NCBI GenBank assembly: GCA_036785375.1
Contig: JAWMAR010000001.1
Span: forward strand, 18,414,001 to 18,478,000
Length of the DNA stretch: 64,000 nucleotides
Direction: 5' to 3'
From: Leucoraja ocellata
Taxonomy: Eukaryota
This document shows, one piece after another, positions 13,517 to 25,595 of this stretch; the stretch's first letter is position 1; the number at the start of each line of letters is the position of its first letter. Under the pieces are notes generated by a model, which saw only the letters and a list, made by a program, of their open reading frames with translations, made no database searches and had not been told where the DNA came from. The position numbers and the translations under genes are program-made.

Positions 13517-13791
13517 GTTTACAGATGGCAGCACGAAAACAGGCCCTTCAGCCCATCGAGTCTGCGCCGATCATTGACCCCCATATACCAACACACTAGC
13601 ATCAATTTACAATTATTACCAAAGCCAAATTAACCTATAAACTTGTGTCTATCGAATGTAGGAGGAAACCGGAGCACCCGGAGAAAACCTGCACAGTCAA
13701 AGAGAGAAAGTACAGATATCACCCGTAATGAGGATCAAACCCGGGTCTCTGGCACTGGAAGGCAGAAAATCTACCTCTACGCCACCGTGCC
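13517..13791 (-). mobile_element. HE1-like SINE copy
   Basis: Aligns by eye to 11511-11804 (ggaaaccggagcacccggagaaaacc...ccgggtctctggcact...gccaccgtgc). Confidence 0.8.
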
Positions 13792-13979
13792 TTGTCTTTG
13801 GGAAAATCCACTTGCTTACACTTGAAGGCTGGTGGATATCGAGACTTGTATGCAATGCCAGCTGACACTCTGTGACCATGATGCTGAATGAACGTCCAGA
13901 GGAAACATTATAAACCCATCAGGAATCACAACCATCGCTGTCACATGCCTCTTGCCAATGATAAGCTTAACGCCATTAC

Positions 13980-14059
13980 CTGGGGAGTGAGATTATGAAG
14001 AACAAGCCAGGAGCTGACTCGGCCAGATCCACCCGAATTGCCATCACTCCAGTTGGAAC
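13980..14059 (-). CDS. TNRC6B: TNRC6B exon (SNWSDGNSGGSGRVSSWLVLHNLTPQ, start of RRM)
   Basis: tctag|GT ... CAG|gtaatg; 80 nt, phase 1 to 0; WLVLHNLTPQ motif. Confidence 0.96.
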
Positions 14060-14589
14060 CTAGAGAAAGACGAGGAGATGAGGTACAGTTCTCTTTAAAA
14101 CCTAGGAGGCTTTATTCCTGCAAATGACAGGCAGCCAGTCATAGATGTGATGTGACAGATAAGAAACTCTAAACTTCATTAACTCTAGGAAACAGAGCAA
14201 AATTGAAATTTGATGGCGAACTGTTATTAATTACTGATAAGTTTGGAGGAAGAAACTTGTGCATCCACAAGAGTCTAAAATACTTTACAGCCAATATTAT
14301 CTTTTAATGCAGGCTCAGAAAATTTACATTTCTAAGATTGCAGAATATCAGATACAGGAGACCACACACTACTTCAAGCCTGCTCCACCATTCAATAAGA
14401 TTGAAGTCTGATATGCAATTGCTGCGAGTATGGCAAGGAAATACAAGCACAGCAAAATTCCGTGAACAGAAACACAATCTGGCTGACTGCAAAATCTGTT
14501 TGTTAAAGCCAACAGTGGCTTCTTTTACTTCTGCTCGAGGATTCAATGCCTTAATTTAATGCCACCCCGGAGGTTGCCGCATCTGGTAT

Positions 14590-15250
14590 ACAGCATTTTG
14601 AGTCATACAACAGTAACAGGTTCTTTGACGCAAAGTGTCCATTCTGAGTATCAAATCCACATCTATACCAATCCCATTTACCACCACTTAATCCATAACC
14701 TTATATGCCTTGGCAAGTACTTTATCTTTTTAAATGTTGTGAGTAAACCTGCCTTCACCGTCTTCTCAGGCAGTTTCCAATCATCCATTTCCTTTAACCT
14801 TGGAACTCCTTTAATCCTTTTACCCCTCACTTTAAACCCATCCCCTGGTTTTAAACATCAAGAGTGAAAGCAAGAGGGTTTTATTGTCAAAGGTCCCAAA
14901 ACAGAATAACAACATTCTTAATTGCAGCATCCACCCTATCCATGCCTCCCATAATTTTGTACTCATCTATCAAGTTCCTCTTCAGCAACCCCACCCCCGA
15001 CCCTTGAAATACAACCCAACCTGTCCAGCCTCTCCTCATAACTGAGGCATTCCATCCTGGTTCATCTCCAGCACCCTTGTGTGATCTTCCTGTACATTGA
15101 TACACACAATACTCCAGCTGTGGCTTAAACCATGTTTGCTAAAGTTGCACCATGCTCTTCCCGTTCTTATATTCCAATGCCTCACCTCAAGTGTATTCTT
15201 CACCACCTTACTTACTTGTACTGCCACCTTGAGGGACATGCTCCCTCTGA
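14590..15250 (-). mobile_element. Degenerate CR1-like LINE 3' region
   Basis: Minus-strand remnant translates to ...RNLIDEYKIMGGMDRVD..., like a CR1 ORF2 C-terminus. Boundaries approximate. Confidence 0.6.
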
Positions 15251-15597
15251 TCAATACTGCCTAAGAACACCACCAAGCCATCCCAAAATATATTACCTTG
15301 CACTTGTCAGGATTAAACCCATTGCACCATCCAATTTACCATCTGGTCAATATGTTTTTCCTTACTGGAAAAGAGATCAGCCTAAACATGTATATAGATC
15401 TTCATTCTCTCAGGACAATTTTTCAGCCACAGAGCCTGACTCGAGCCTTAGGATGTCCTTTCACTAATTATGTATGCATACCCAAAACAAGGATGTGAAC
15501 CCACAGAATTAATCTGATAGCATAACTTTGAATTGGGTAAAGGGATATAGAGAGACAAAACACGGATGAGGGAAAAAGCAGGTAGTAAGGTACGCAC

Positions 15598-15807
15598 TAA
15601 GGGCATATCGTGACTCTTGCATGCCCCATCCTCTGCTGAACCGGGGCGTTCCACTTCCCCACGGAAATGACGGAGGTTTCTGATTAGTCAGTCCTGGCGG
15701 TGGCCGTGTTGGCGGGTTAGTGTTTTTAGATGACATCTGATTTTTCCACATCCTGGGATGTCCAATTGGATCTGGAGACCACGTCGACTTGAAGTCACTG
15801 AACTTGG
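15598..15807 (-). CDS. TNRC6B: TNRC6B exon ([17 protein letters not shown]...[11 protein letters not shown]...ESRYAL)
   Basis: gttccag|CC ... A|gtgcgt; 210 nt, phase 1-1; conserved RPPPGLT motif. Confidence 0.93.
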
Positions 15808-16009
15808 CTGGAACAACAACATGATTATACACCGGTCAGTATAACAAAAGAAACAGCGAAACTGAATCAAAATCCCCAAACTAAGGGGGTCAAACAACAC
15901 CATAATATACTGAAATCATTCTAAAAGATTCACGTACAAGTAGAAAACTAAAATGCACAGCAAATTTCATATTATATATCACATGAATTATAAAGAGTAT
16001 TGCCCTGTA

Positions 16010-16865
16010 AAGCACAGTTGTACAAGGCATTGGGGGGGGGGGTCACATTTGGAGTATTCAGTATTCAATTGGAGTTAGGAGATAAGGAGTAAGCCATTTA
16101 GAACGGAGATGAGGAAACACTTTTTCTCACAGAGTCTGTGGAATTCTCTGCCTCAGAGGGCGGTGAAGGCAGGTTCTCTGGATACTTCCAAGAGAGAGCT
16201 AGATAGGTCTCTTAAAGGTAGCGGAGTCAGAGGATATGAGGAGAAGGCAGGAACAGGGTACTGACTGGGGATGATCAGCCATGATCACATTGAATGGCGC
16301 TGCTGGCTCGAAGGGCCGAATGGCCTACTCCTGCACCTATTGTCTATTATCTATTGTGTTCAGTTTTGGTCATCATGCTATAGGAAGGATGTAGTTAAAC
16401 TGAAAAGAGTGCAGATTTACGAGGATGTTGCCGGCGCTTGAGGGCCCGAGCTATACAGAGAGGCTCGACTGGCTAGGACTGGACTATTTTCCTTGAAGTG
16501 TACACGGGTGATCGTAAGGAGGTTATAAAATCACGAGGGTAATAAATAGGATCAATGCACTAAGTCATTCACCCAGAGTAGGGGAAAAGCAAGAACAGGA
16601 GGACATGGGTTTAAGGTGAGAGGGGAAAGATTTAATAGGAACCTGAGGGGAATCTTTTTCCACAGAGGATGGTGGGGAAATGGAACGAGGTGCCAGAGAA
16701 TGCAGTTGAGGTAGGTACTATAACACCATGTAAAATACATTTAGACTGGTACATGCGTAGGAAATGTTTAGAGAGATATGGACCAAACGCAAGCAGGTGG
16801 GACTATCATGGATGGGGCATCTTAGACGGCATAGGTAAGTTGGGCCAAAGGACCTAATTCTGCGC
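16010..16865 (+). mobile_element. Nested CR1/HER1-like LINE 3' ends (younger 3' end at about 16075-16355 inside an older copy)
   Basis: Inner piece ends ...aagggccgaatggcctactcctgcacctattgtctattatctattg; the outer copy resumes with tgttcagttttggtca and ends near 16865. Confidence 0.75.
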
Positions 16866-16922
16866 TATACAACAATGAAAATAAAGTTTTGACAATGGTT
16901 GGTTCAATGCAGTACTCCTAAC

Positions 16923-17018
16923 CTGAAGTGCTCTGTACGGTGCTGTAGGAGCTGTTTGAGGCACTATAGGACCAGGCACCGGGTGAAGGCAGCGAGGTGT
17001 TCAGGGAGGAACTGGACC
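16923..17018 (-). CDS. TNRC6B: TNRC6B exon ([31 protein letters not shown])
   Basis: ccacag|GG ... G|gttagg; 96 nt, phase 1-1; [12 protein letters not shown] motif. Confidence 0.95.
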
Positions 17019-17278
17019 CTGTGGACCAACAAAAAAGGCACAATCAAAGGTCAGGGAATATTCTTGTCAAGAATGCAGTTTGTGTTTAAATGTTCCGCAT
17101 TAAAATACTTTTCACAATTCCACTATTATGATCACTGCAAAGGGTAAACATGCAGATCAGCAATGGGAAAAGTTTCCACTTCATTCCTTGGGGATGGTGA
17201 GCACTATCCCAGCAAAGCAGACATTAGTCTCTCAGAACTATTGCAACAAAAAATTGGAAATATTGAATGCCCTCATAC

Positions 17279-17425
17279 CTGTGCTCCTGTCCCTGAGAAG
17301 TTGGTGTTCCGAATCTGGGGATGGGGGTGCTGCAGAGCTGTTTATCATGCTCGCTGGGGTCGCATACGGATCCGATTCGGGGTCAATGTTTTGGAAACCC
17401 TTCCATGGCTCCCCAGGGCGGAACT
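17279..17425 (-). CDS. TNRC6B: TNRC6B exon with PAM2 motif ([24 protein letters not shown]...)
   Basis: tttacag|AG ... G|gtatga; 147 nt, phase 1-1; GW182 PAM2 (PABP-binding) motif. Confidence 0.96.
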
Positions 17426-17584
17426 CTGTAAATTAAGGTGGAGGAAGAAAATGCATTATCAATTAATTTTATTGCCTTGCACTTGAGGAACAAAGTGACA
17501 AATAAGAACAACACATAATGACTGTCACTTAAGGTGATGATCCAGAGTAGGACTGAGGAAGTAGCGCATTAGATATTTTTTAAG

Positions 17585-18283
17585 ATTAGAGATTCAGCAT
17601 GGAAACAGGTCCTTTGTCCGTGCTGACCAGCGATTACCTGTTCACACTAACACACAAGGACAATGTTACAAAAGTCAATTAATCTACAAACCTGTTTAAG
17701 AAGGAACGGCAGATGCTGGAAAATCGAAGGTAGACAAAAATGCTGGAGAGACTCAGCGGGTGAGGCAGCATCTATTTTTTCACACAGAGAGTGGTGAATC
17801 TCTGGAACTCTCTGCCACAGAGGGTAGTTGAGGCCAGTTCATTGGCTATATTTAAGAGGGAGTTAGATGTGGCCCTTGTGGCTAAGGGGATCAGGGGGTA
17901 TGGAGAGAAGGCAGGTACGGGATACTGAGTTGGATGATCAGCCATGATCATATTGAATGGCGGTGCAGGCTCGAAGGGCCGAATGGCCTACTCCTGCACC
18001 TAATTTCTATGTTTCTATGGAGCGAAGGAAATAGGCAACGTTTCGGGTCGAAACGTTGCCTATTTCCTTCGCTCCATAGATGCTGCCTCACCCGCTGAGA
18101 TTCTCCAGCATTTTTGTCTACAATCTACAAACCTGCATGTCTTTGGAGTGTGGAGGAAACCGGAGCACCCAGAGGAACCCCAAGCTGTCACAGGGAGAAC
18201 ATACAAATTCCACAGACAGCGGCCATAATCAGGATCGAACCCTGGTCTCTGGCGATGTAAACCGGCAGCTCTAGTGCTGCGCC
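17585..18283 (-). mobile_element. HE1-like SINE interrupted by a palindromic Penelope-derived element, itself interrupted by a CR1 3' end
   Basis: SINE halves at 17585-17694 and 18122-18283. TSD AATCTACAAACCTG at 17681-17694 and 18122-18135. CR1 3' end at 17776-18018 flanked by TCTAT. Confidence 0.85.
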
Positions 18284-19315
18284 TCTGAGCCCATTTTCCC
18301 GGTGATCTAGGTTCACGTTAAAGATCTCATTGCAGAACACAGAGCACTTCAAATAATTTGTTTGCACTTTACACAGCCACACATGGACTGATGTAGTCAT
18401 TAATTTCATTACAATTTGTGGAATTTCCAGAAGGTAAATGGCTGTTGCTATAATGCTGGATTAGTAATCCGACACCTCGACCAAGGAGCTCAGTTCAAAT
18501 TTCACCACAGGATTGTTTTGTGAGATTTAAATTCAGTTGTTTAAATTAATCTGGATTTTAAAAAGCTAGTATCAATAATGGAGACTGTGAAACTAATGCA
18601 GTGTCACAAAAATCCACCTGGATCCTTAATAGCCTTCAGGGAAGGAAACATATACACCTAATCTGGTTTGTACGTGATCAAAACAATGAGTTTGCCCTCT
18701 GAAACTAATCTTGCAAATCACTTTAAGAGATAATAAAGGCTGCCCACGATAGCCACATTCCTGGAATCAGCATAAACAGTTACTATACTTCCAAGCAGAG
18801 GACTTTAACTGCATGTAAAGAACATTCTTGAAAATTGCAATGCTTGTGTATTTGATTTCAGAAATCAGATCTTTGGGCTCCAGAATCAATTAATATTACA
18901 GTAGAACTGTTAGAGTAATTTGATTACCGGAAAATGGGCTGCACTTGGTAAAGTACGATTCAGTTTTCCAGTGAAGATGCATTACCCTGAAGTTCCCATG
19001 GGTATTCCCGATATTTCCCCATGAACACTAACACTCATTAGATGTTCACAATTAGTTCAGTGTAACTTAGACATAAATGTAATGTTTTGCAGATTTGGAT
19101 TCACTTGGGAAGGACTGAACCCAGGTCATGGTCCACCACTACTCACTCTTCAGATTAAGGTTCAACCTTTGCGAAGACACAGATCTGTATCAAGGGCTTG
19201 AATTCCTGCTTTATAGATTAGCTAATCCCACTGGTTCAAACTGAAGCTATTTTACCAGAGTGACCACATTTTACTCGGTCGTATTATTTTAAAACATTTT
19301 GATGTTATTTCTGAC

Positions 19316-19480
19316 CTGGAGGCCAACTGGAGCCGCTGGAACCATTTGAGAGCTTAGGGGTGGACCAGTTATCACTCGTAGGGCCAGAATGGCTGGCCAA
19401 GGAATCACCTGCTATCATTTCATAATAGGGCAAACTATCTCGAGGCTTCACCGGTGGTGCCATGCCGCTCGAAATAGCAC
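19316..19480 (-). CDS. TNRC6B: TNRC6B exon (AISSGMAPPVKPRDS...NGSSGSSWPP)
   Basis: tacag|GT ... CCA G|gtcaga; 165 nt; WPP joins EF of the PAM2 exon. Confidence 0.94.
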
Positions 19481-19869
19481 CTGTATAACAACATAAAATT
19501 ACAAGACTAATAACACACAGTTCTTCTGGGTGATCAGCTACAAAACTCCCAACAAATTAATATCGAATACCTTATACTCAAACCAGTCAGGGGAATGCTT
19601 ACACAAATTAACAACTGAACATATCCCTGCAATAATAAAGCACGGAATAATTAAATATACAAAGTGGAGGCCACACTAGTGATTGGTGATAAAGCAGTAC
19701 TTGGGAATAGTATCATTCCGGCTTGTACCTAGCTTTAGCTCTAAGGTACTCTCTCTTTTAATGTGCAAGAAACATCAGCTGAAGAACTTATCAACCGAAT
19801 GTGCTGAAAGCACTTCATATAACTTGAAGCCTAAATGTCCACTGTTGTTTGTTAGCTACATTAACATTT

Positions 19870-20535
19870 AGGATGAACATGCGAGTAGAATGGTAATTTT
19901 GTTGATGACTTTAAACTTGGTGGTATAGTTAACAGTTACCCAAGATTACAATTGAATCGTGTTTCAGTGGGGCAAGGAATGGATTATAATTCAGATAAAT
20001 GCGAGGTGTAGCATTTTGGTAAGACAAACTAAGGTAGGATTTGCACAGTGAATAGCATGGCAAGTGTTGGAGAACGGTGAAACCCAGGGTTTGAAAGTGG
20101 CAGCACAGGTGCTGATGGTGGCGTTCGGCATGCTTGCCCTCATCGACCAGGGTACTGTGCAGGACTTGAAACGTCATGTTACAGCTGTGCAAAATGTATG
20201 TACGCCCACATTTGGAGTACCGTGTTCAGAACTATATTGGGGTCAATCAGGAAGGAGGAGCTCAGAGGATGTTACAAGGATTTGATGGTTTCAGTTACAA
20301 AGAGAAAGTATAAGTTTAAGATGAGAGGGAAAAGTTTTAAAAGGGGAACAGAGGAGCATTTTCTCCATGCAGTGAGTAATGCATATGTGGACCAAGGTGC
20401 CAGAGACAGATTAAAATATTTACAAGATACTTGGACAGGTAGATGGATAAGAACGGTATTGAAGGTTACAAGCCAAGTACAAGCAAGTGGGACTAGTTTA
20501 GTTAGTTTGGCAAGTCGGGCTGTATGACTATGACT
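19870..20535 (+). mobile_element. Degenerate CR1-like LINE RT/3' fragment
   Basis: ttgttgatgac (FADD-like), aaatgcgaggtgtagcattttgg and a 3' tail ctgtatgactatgactc. Boundaries approximate. Confidence 0.65.
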
Positions 20536-21138
20536 CTTACTGCTTCTTTACATTGTGTATGTCATCAAGAACATTTCCTCATTTTTCTAGAAGCAGTGTT
20601 GCTTTTTTTCTTTGCATCCTGCGATGGTTCAGGTGAAACCTGCCAATCCATTTTGACTCTCCAATTAAACACCAATTTGAATTCATGTTCTTTGAATTAA
20701 TGTTAAGGTTTAATACCGCAGGCTCTCGCAATCACTGTAACCTCCACAGATTCAACATTATGCCGTTCAGCAGGTAGAGAACACTAGTTCAAATCCGGTG
20801 ATTTCAAACTTAGCGGCAATTTAATTTGGGCTCATACACAATGCTATGTGACATGTGGGCCTTTCATTGCGTTTTTTGTTTAAATACGCTCAAATTGTCT
20901 GCAATCAACAGATGGGATTAATGTAAAGGAGTACACAACTTGAAAAGGAGAGAGGCCACGATTAAGTGATTTCAGAGAGGGGCTTATAAAGAGTTTTGGT
21001 TTCAGGAGAAAAAGCATGGAGAATGAAATCAGTAAGTACCCAGTTGGAGAAGTTGCAAACAACGTTGAATGAAAACAAAAGTACATGATGGAATATGTCC
21101 AATACATCCCAAGCCCCATGGAATGTCTGCATAGTTAC

Positions 21139-21294
21139 CATTTTTCAGGGGGTTGTGATCTGGTGGTGGAGTGGCAGGAGAGAGACCATCCATGGTTGTC
21201 CACTGCTTGAGCCGTGATTGCTGCGATTGAGGTTCTTTCATTCCAACAATACTGTTGACGTCTAACTGGTTTACGTTCATGTTTGAGCCCATGC
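21139..21294 (-). CDS. TNRC6B: TNRC6B exon with CIM1-type motif (KEPQSQQSRLKQWT)
   Basis: tttcag|GC ... AAT G|gtaact; 156 nt; QSRLxxW is the GW182 CCR4-NOT-interacting motif 1. Confidence 0.95.
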
Positions 21295-21402
21295 CTGAAA
21301 TGCGAATTATGCTTTAAGTGCCGAGAATCTCAAGCTTAGTAAAAGTTTAAAACCGTTTAATACGGTAGCAGGATTACAAAACAACCTGACGAAGGAACTC
21401 AC

Positions 21403-21604
21403 CCATTGGGTAGCCTGGCTGAATCTGTCCTTTGGTCTGGAAGTCTGGAAGGCCAGTGGGAAGAGAACTAGGCACAACATTATCCAGGTGTTGCTTGGGC
21501 ATGCCGGGATGTGACGGAGAATGCTTCATCCCAGGGGTGTTGTTGTGTCGATGCTGCTGTTGTTGCTGTTGTTGCTGCTGCAGGGCATTAACAATGCGGG
21601 CAAG
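21403..21604 (-). CDS. TNRC6B: TNRC6B exon, Q-rich ([20 protein letters not shown]...MKHSPSHP...)
   Basis: ccatag|CTT ... ATG G|gtgagt; 202 nt; 108-nt intron to the next exon. Confidence 0.95.
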
Positions 21605-23096
21605 CTATGGAAAAGCACAAGCACAAGTTAAAACTGATCACATCTTCACACATTCACTCCCACCAATATATAAGTACATCTATTACCCTTAAAGAACCAC
21701 ATTTTGGAAAATCGGACAATACTTTAACAAAATGTTAGTGGATAGAGCCGATGAAAATGTCAATGGGCAGGATATGTCATAACTGCCTTTACTGCTCCTA
21801 GGTTTATAGAAGGGAAATATAATCCTTTCATAGAGTACGTATTACCAGAACAGAACTCACGGTTTCACCATTAACAATTCAAAATGAGCATGGAAAACCT
21901 AGCAGCAATATGTACGGTAAAACATAGGACTTTTCAAACCTCTTGGGATTAATCAGGAAGGAGCAGAATCTTTGAACCTGCCAATTTGTTTACAATATGA
22001 ACAGGTTCAACTGAAGAACATGCTGGGTAATTCCACCACCTTGCAGTTAAAGGGCATATGAAATTAAATCCTCTGCCCAAAGCTGAACACATCCTGCCAC
22101 CCATCACATTCCAACTTCCTTACTCTGGTCTCACGGGAGTCTTGCCATTGAAATGCAGCATATTTGTTTTTCATTTGCTTCAGAGTACATAACTAAGAGA
22201 ATTTGAAGTGTTAAAGGTTCACCACATGACTGCGCACTGCTAAATGCTGTGATAACCTGCCGAACAATGGCAAATCAGTTTGCATGTTTTCAACGTCTAT
22301 AAAGTTTTGCGTTCATGCTAACTGACATGAACTTTGACCCGAGTCACAACAACAATACAATGATTCACGTACGAACGATGCAGCAGGCGCAACATTTGTC
22401 TTTCACTGTGCTGAATCAAATAATTAATTTTGCTATTTAGTCATTGCCGTATCAAATCACTTTCCAGATTAAATGACAATGCAGCCATTTGATACTACTC
22501 TAGAGTGGGGAGGACATTATTTAATAGAAACCTGAAATAGTGTAATTTTAACTTAAGAACTGACAACCAATCCAGCCAATTTCCCTTAGTATTTAGTTAA
22601 TATTTGACTTGGTAAATGTCATTAAATGGAACCGAGGGGCATTTGCCGATAGCACACGCTGGTGCCAAGAAGGCATACAAAGTCCAACCATTTTCAACCG
22701 CCCCCATTGCAAACTGTGATATTTAAAACTTCATGTGGCACCACAGAGTTTCACCACAATGAGTGATGTTTCTATTTTTAATGTTCAGCACTCCTGGCAC
22801 AAGCTTCAGCAAAGAATGCCGGCATGTAGCAGCAAAGTAGGACTCAAATTTGAGAAGGTGAAAGCAAAGCTGGAGTAGGACATTCTGTCCGCACACCTGC
22901 TCTGCCATTCAATAACATGGTTTATCTTTTACCCCAGCACAACTTTCCTGAACTAACCTCAAAGCCTTTTATTTCCCCAATATCTGACATTTTTGCATCT
23001 GTCTTGAATATACTCACAAATTAAGTTTCCACAAGCTTTGTGGATGAAGAATACCAACAATCTGCTTCCATCTGGATGTTCAGTTTTGTTTTTAAA

Positions 23097-23342
23097 TTTA
23101 GAGATACAATGTGGAAAACAGGCCCACTGACCCCACGCCGACCAATGATACATCAGTTCTATCACACACACACAAGGGACAATTTACAGAAGCCAATTAA
23201 CCAACAAACCTGCACGTCTTTTGGATTTGTAGTGAAAACCCACACGGTCACAGGGAGAGCGTGCAAACTCCTTACAGACAAATCGATCCAGGGTGTCTGG
23301 AACTCTATGGCAGCAACTCTACCACTGCATTACTGTGGCGCT
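23097..23342 (-). mobile_element. HE1-like SINE copy, degenerate
   Basis: gggacaatttacagaagccaattaacc...aaaacccacacggtcacagggagagcgtgcaaactcc matches the other copies. Confidence 0.75.
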
Positions 23343-23544
23343 GAGTTGAGAAACTACCTATTTCTACCCTGAATGGCTGATCCCTTATACTGAGACCATG
23401 ACCTCTGGTTCTAGACACTCCACTCAGGAGAAATGTTATCTCCACATCTATCCTGCAAAGCACCCAAAATGAAAAACGTTCACCACACTGACAAGAAATG
23501 TTCATGGGGTTTGCAAGAGATTCACTATCTTTATAATCACATAC

Positions 23545-23640
23545 TTGCTGTTCTTGTTGTTGTCGGACTGCGGCAGACAGCTTCCGTTGGTTTTGCAGCA
23601 CTTGCTGCTGTTGTTGCTGTTGAAGCAACAGCTGGTAAGC
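23545..23640 (-). CDS. TNRC6B: TNRC6B exon, Q-rich ([32 protein letters not shown])
   Basis: cacag|GCT ... CAA|gtatgt; 96 nt, phase 0-0. Confidence 0.96.
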
Positions 23641-23832
23641 CTGTGTGAAGAGAGTTCAGAGTGAACTTGAGACAGGAAATCACAATGAAAGGAGAGACCA
23701 GATTCTTGCTCATGCTTACTTGCTTATACAAAAGAGCAGCAGAGCAAAGGGACAGGAATTTAATTGCTAATTATAATTGCCGTTCCCCCCGAAAGACTGT
23801 ACACTCACAGCCTTGTAACATGCCACCTAATA

Positions 23833-24427
23833 CAGTGCCCTCCATAATATTTGGGATAAAGACCCATCATTGGTTATTTAAGAAGGAACTGCAGATGCTG
23901 GAAAATCGAAGATACACACATTTGCTGGAGAAACTCAACGGGTGCAGCAGCATCTATGGAGCGAAGGAAATAGGCAACGTTTCGGGCCGAAACCCTTCTT
24001 CGGTCTGAAGAAGGGTTTCGGCCCGAAACTTTGCCTATTTCCTTCGCTCCATAGATGCTGCTGCACCCGCTGAGTTTCTCCTGCATTTTTGTCTACCCAT
24101 CATTAGTTATTTGCCTTTGTACTCCATAATTTGAGATTTGTAATGAAAAAAAAAAAAAAAATCACATGTGGTTAAAGTGCACATTGTCAGATTGTATTAA
24201 AGGCAATTGTTATACATTTTGGTTTCACCATGTAGAAATTACAGCTGTGTATATACATGGTCCCCCCATTTCAGGGCACCATAAATGTTTAAAAATACCC
24301 TTTAATTGAATCTGACAATGTGCACTTTAACCATGTGATTTTTTTCTATTATAAATCTCAAATTGTGGAGTGCAGAGGCAAATAAATAAACGATGGGTCT
24401 TTGTCCCAAACATTGTGGAGAGCACTG
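23833..24427. mobile_element. Non-autonomous Tc1/mariner deletion derivative (IR/DR type) containing a palindromic insertion
   Basis: TA|CAGTGCCCTCCATAAT...ATTGTGGAGAGCACTG|TA termini. Long inverted arms are homologous to the Tc1 ends at 45000-46821. Confidence 0.88.
23877..24096. mobile_element. Palindromic Penelope-derived short element with two head-to-head hammerhead-like motifs
   Basis: About 90-bp inverted arms centred near 24002. TSD CCATCATT(G/A)GTTA at 23864-23876 and 24097-24109. Confidence 0.85.
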
Positions 24428-24672
24428 TAAATATGTGCAAGGCTTTGAAGTTTCAATGAAGCAAAAATGAAATAAACAAAGGGAAAAAAAAAAAATCAAA
24501 TTAACACTTAGCCACAAACAGAAATGTAAAGCCACTCTCAAAGGTGTGGCCCCAGTGTCCTTCTGCATATTCGTTTTCTGTGTCGATGATCGATAGATAT
24601 TAATCGAGGCTGACGGAGATGATACAGCCATTAGAAAATATGTAATTGCTATTATATACATGTGATACTCAC

Positions 24673-24807
24673 CAACTGTAGCTGTGGGAGCTGAGGGAGT
24701 TGGCTGAGCATAGCTATTTGTTGAGGGGTTAGTTGAGGACCAAGGCTAAACAAGGCTGGGTTCAGGGCACCATTCGGAGTGGTATGCTTCAACATGGGGG
24801 CAGGAAC
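24673..24807 (-). CDS. TNRC6B: TNRC6B exon (VPAPMLKH...[18 protein letters not shown])
   Basis: ttgcag|GTT ... TTG|gtgagt; 135 nt, phase 0-0. Confidence 0.95.
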
Positions 24808-25460
24808 CTGCAATTAATCAAAATCATTCATTTGCTGTGTTACTGTCTGAAGAAGGGTCCCGACCCAAAATATTCTCCAGGGTTGCTCCCTGACCCACTG
24901 AGTCGCCGTAGCACTTTGTGTCTTTTGTTTTTAAAAGGAATTAATTGAGCGCAAATGATTGAAACTATAAATTTGACAAAGTTATCCAACCTAAAAAATT
25001 GCCAATTTAACTCAAAAGTCCCGATAATATATATCGTCTGTTCATTAGTTTCATCATGTACAGCAGCAGGGATGACAACGTGGGATTTTAGGTGTTCTTG
25101 TGCCTTGACTAGAATATTTATAATGATACAAGTGTTCGGGAATGAAACACTACAGGCATCCATTGACACCAATCTTCAAAAAAACTGGAAAGAAACAGCC
25201 AATAGTTCAAATCAATATTTTTTAAATTAATCTAAAACCTTAACCATCTCTCTTCCCACAGATACAGTTTACCATGCTGATTATTTCCAGCATGTTGTTT
25301 TTATCTCAGCTGCCAAACATCCAATGTTTAGCATATGAATCCAAGACCAAGAATTGAATGATTACACACAAAGTGCTGTCTTCCCAATCACATTTCCTTC
25401 CCCCATCCCAAAAAAAGGTGCAGGAATCATAAAAAGACGCGACAACTCAACTTTACGTAC

Positions 25461-25595
25461 CTGAGGGGGGGGCAGGAACTGCGGAGGCACTTGAGGCCGA
25501 AGGTTAGGCTGGGATGAATTCATGGACTGCACCTGAGGCGTGTGCACACCTCTGGATTGTGCTGTGCTGCTGCCAAATAAACCATGATTGCCATT
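25461..25595 (-). CDS. TNRC6B: TNRC6B exon ([16 protein letters not shown]...[19 protein letters not shown])
   Basis: cacacag|AAT ... CAG|gtacgt; 135 nt, phase 0-0. Confidence 0.94.
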
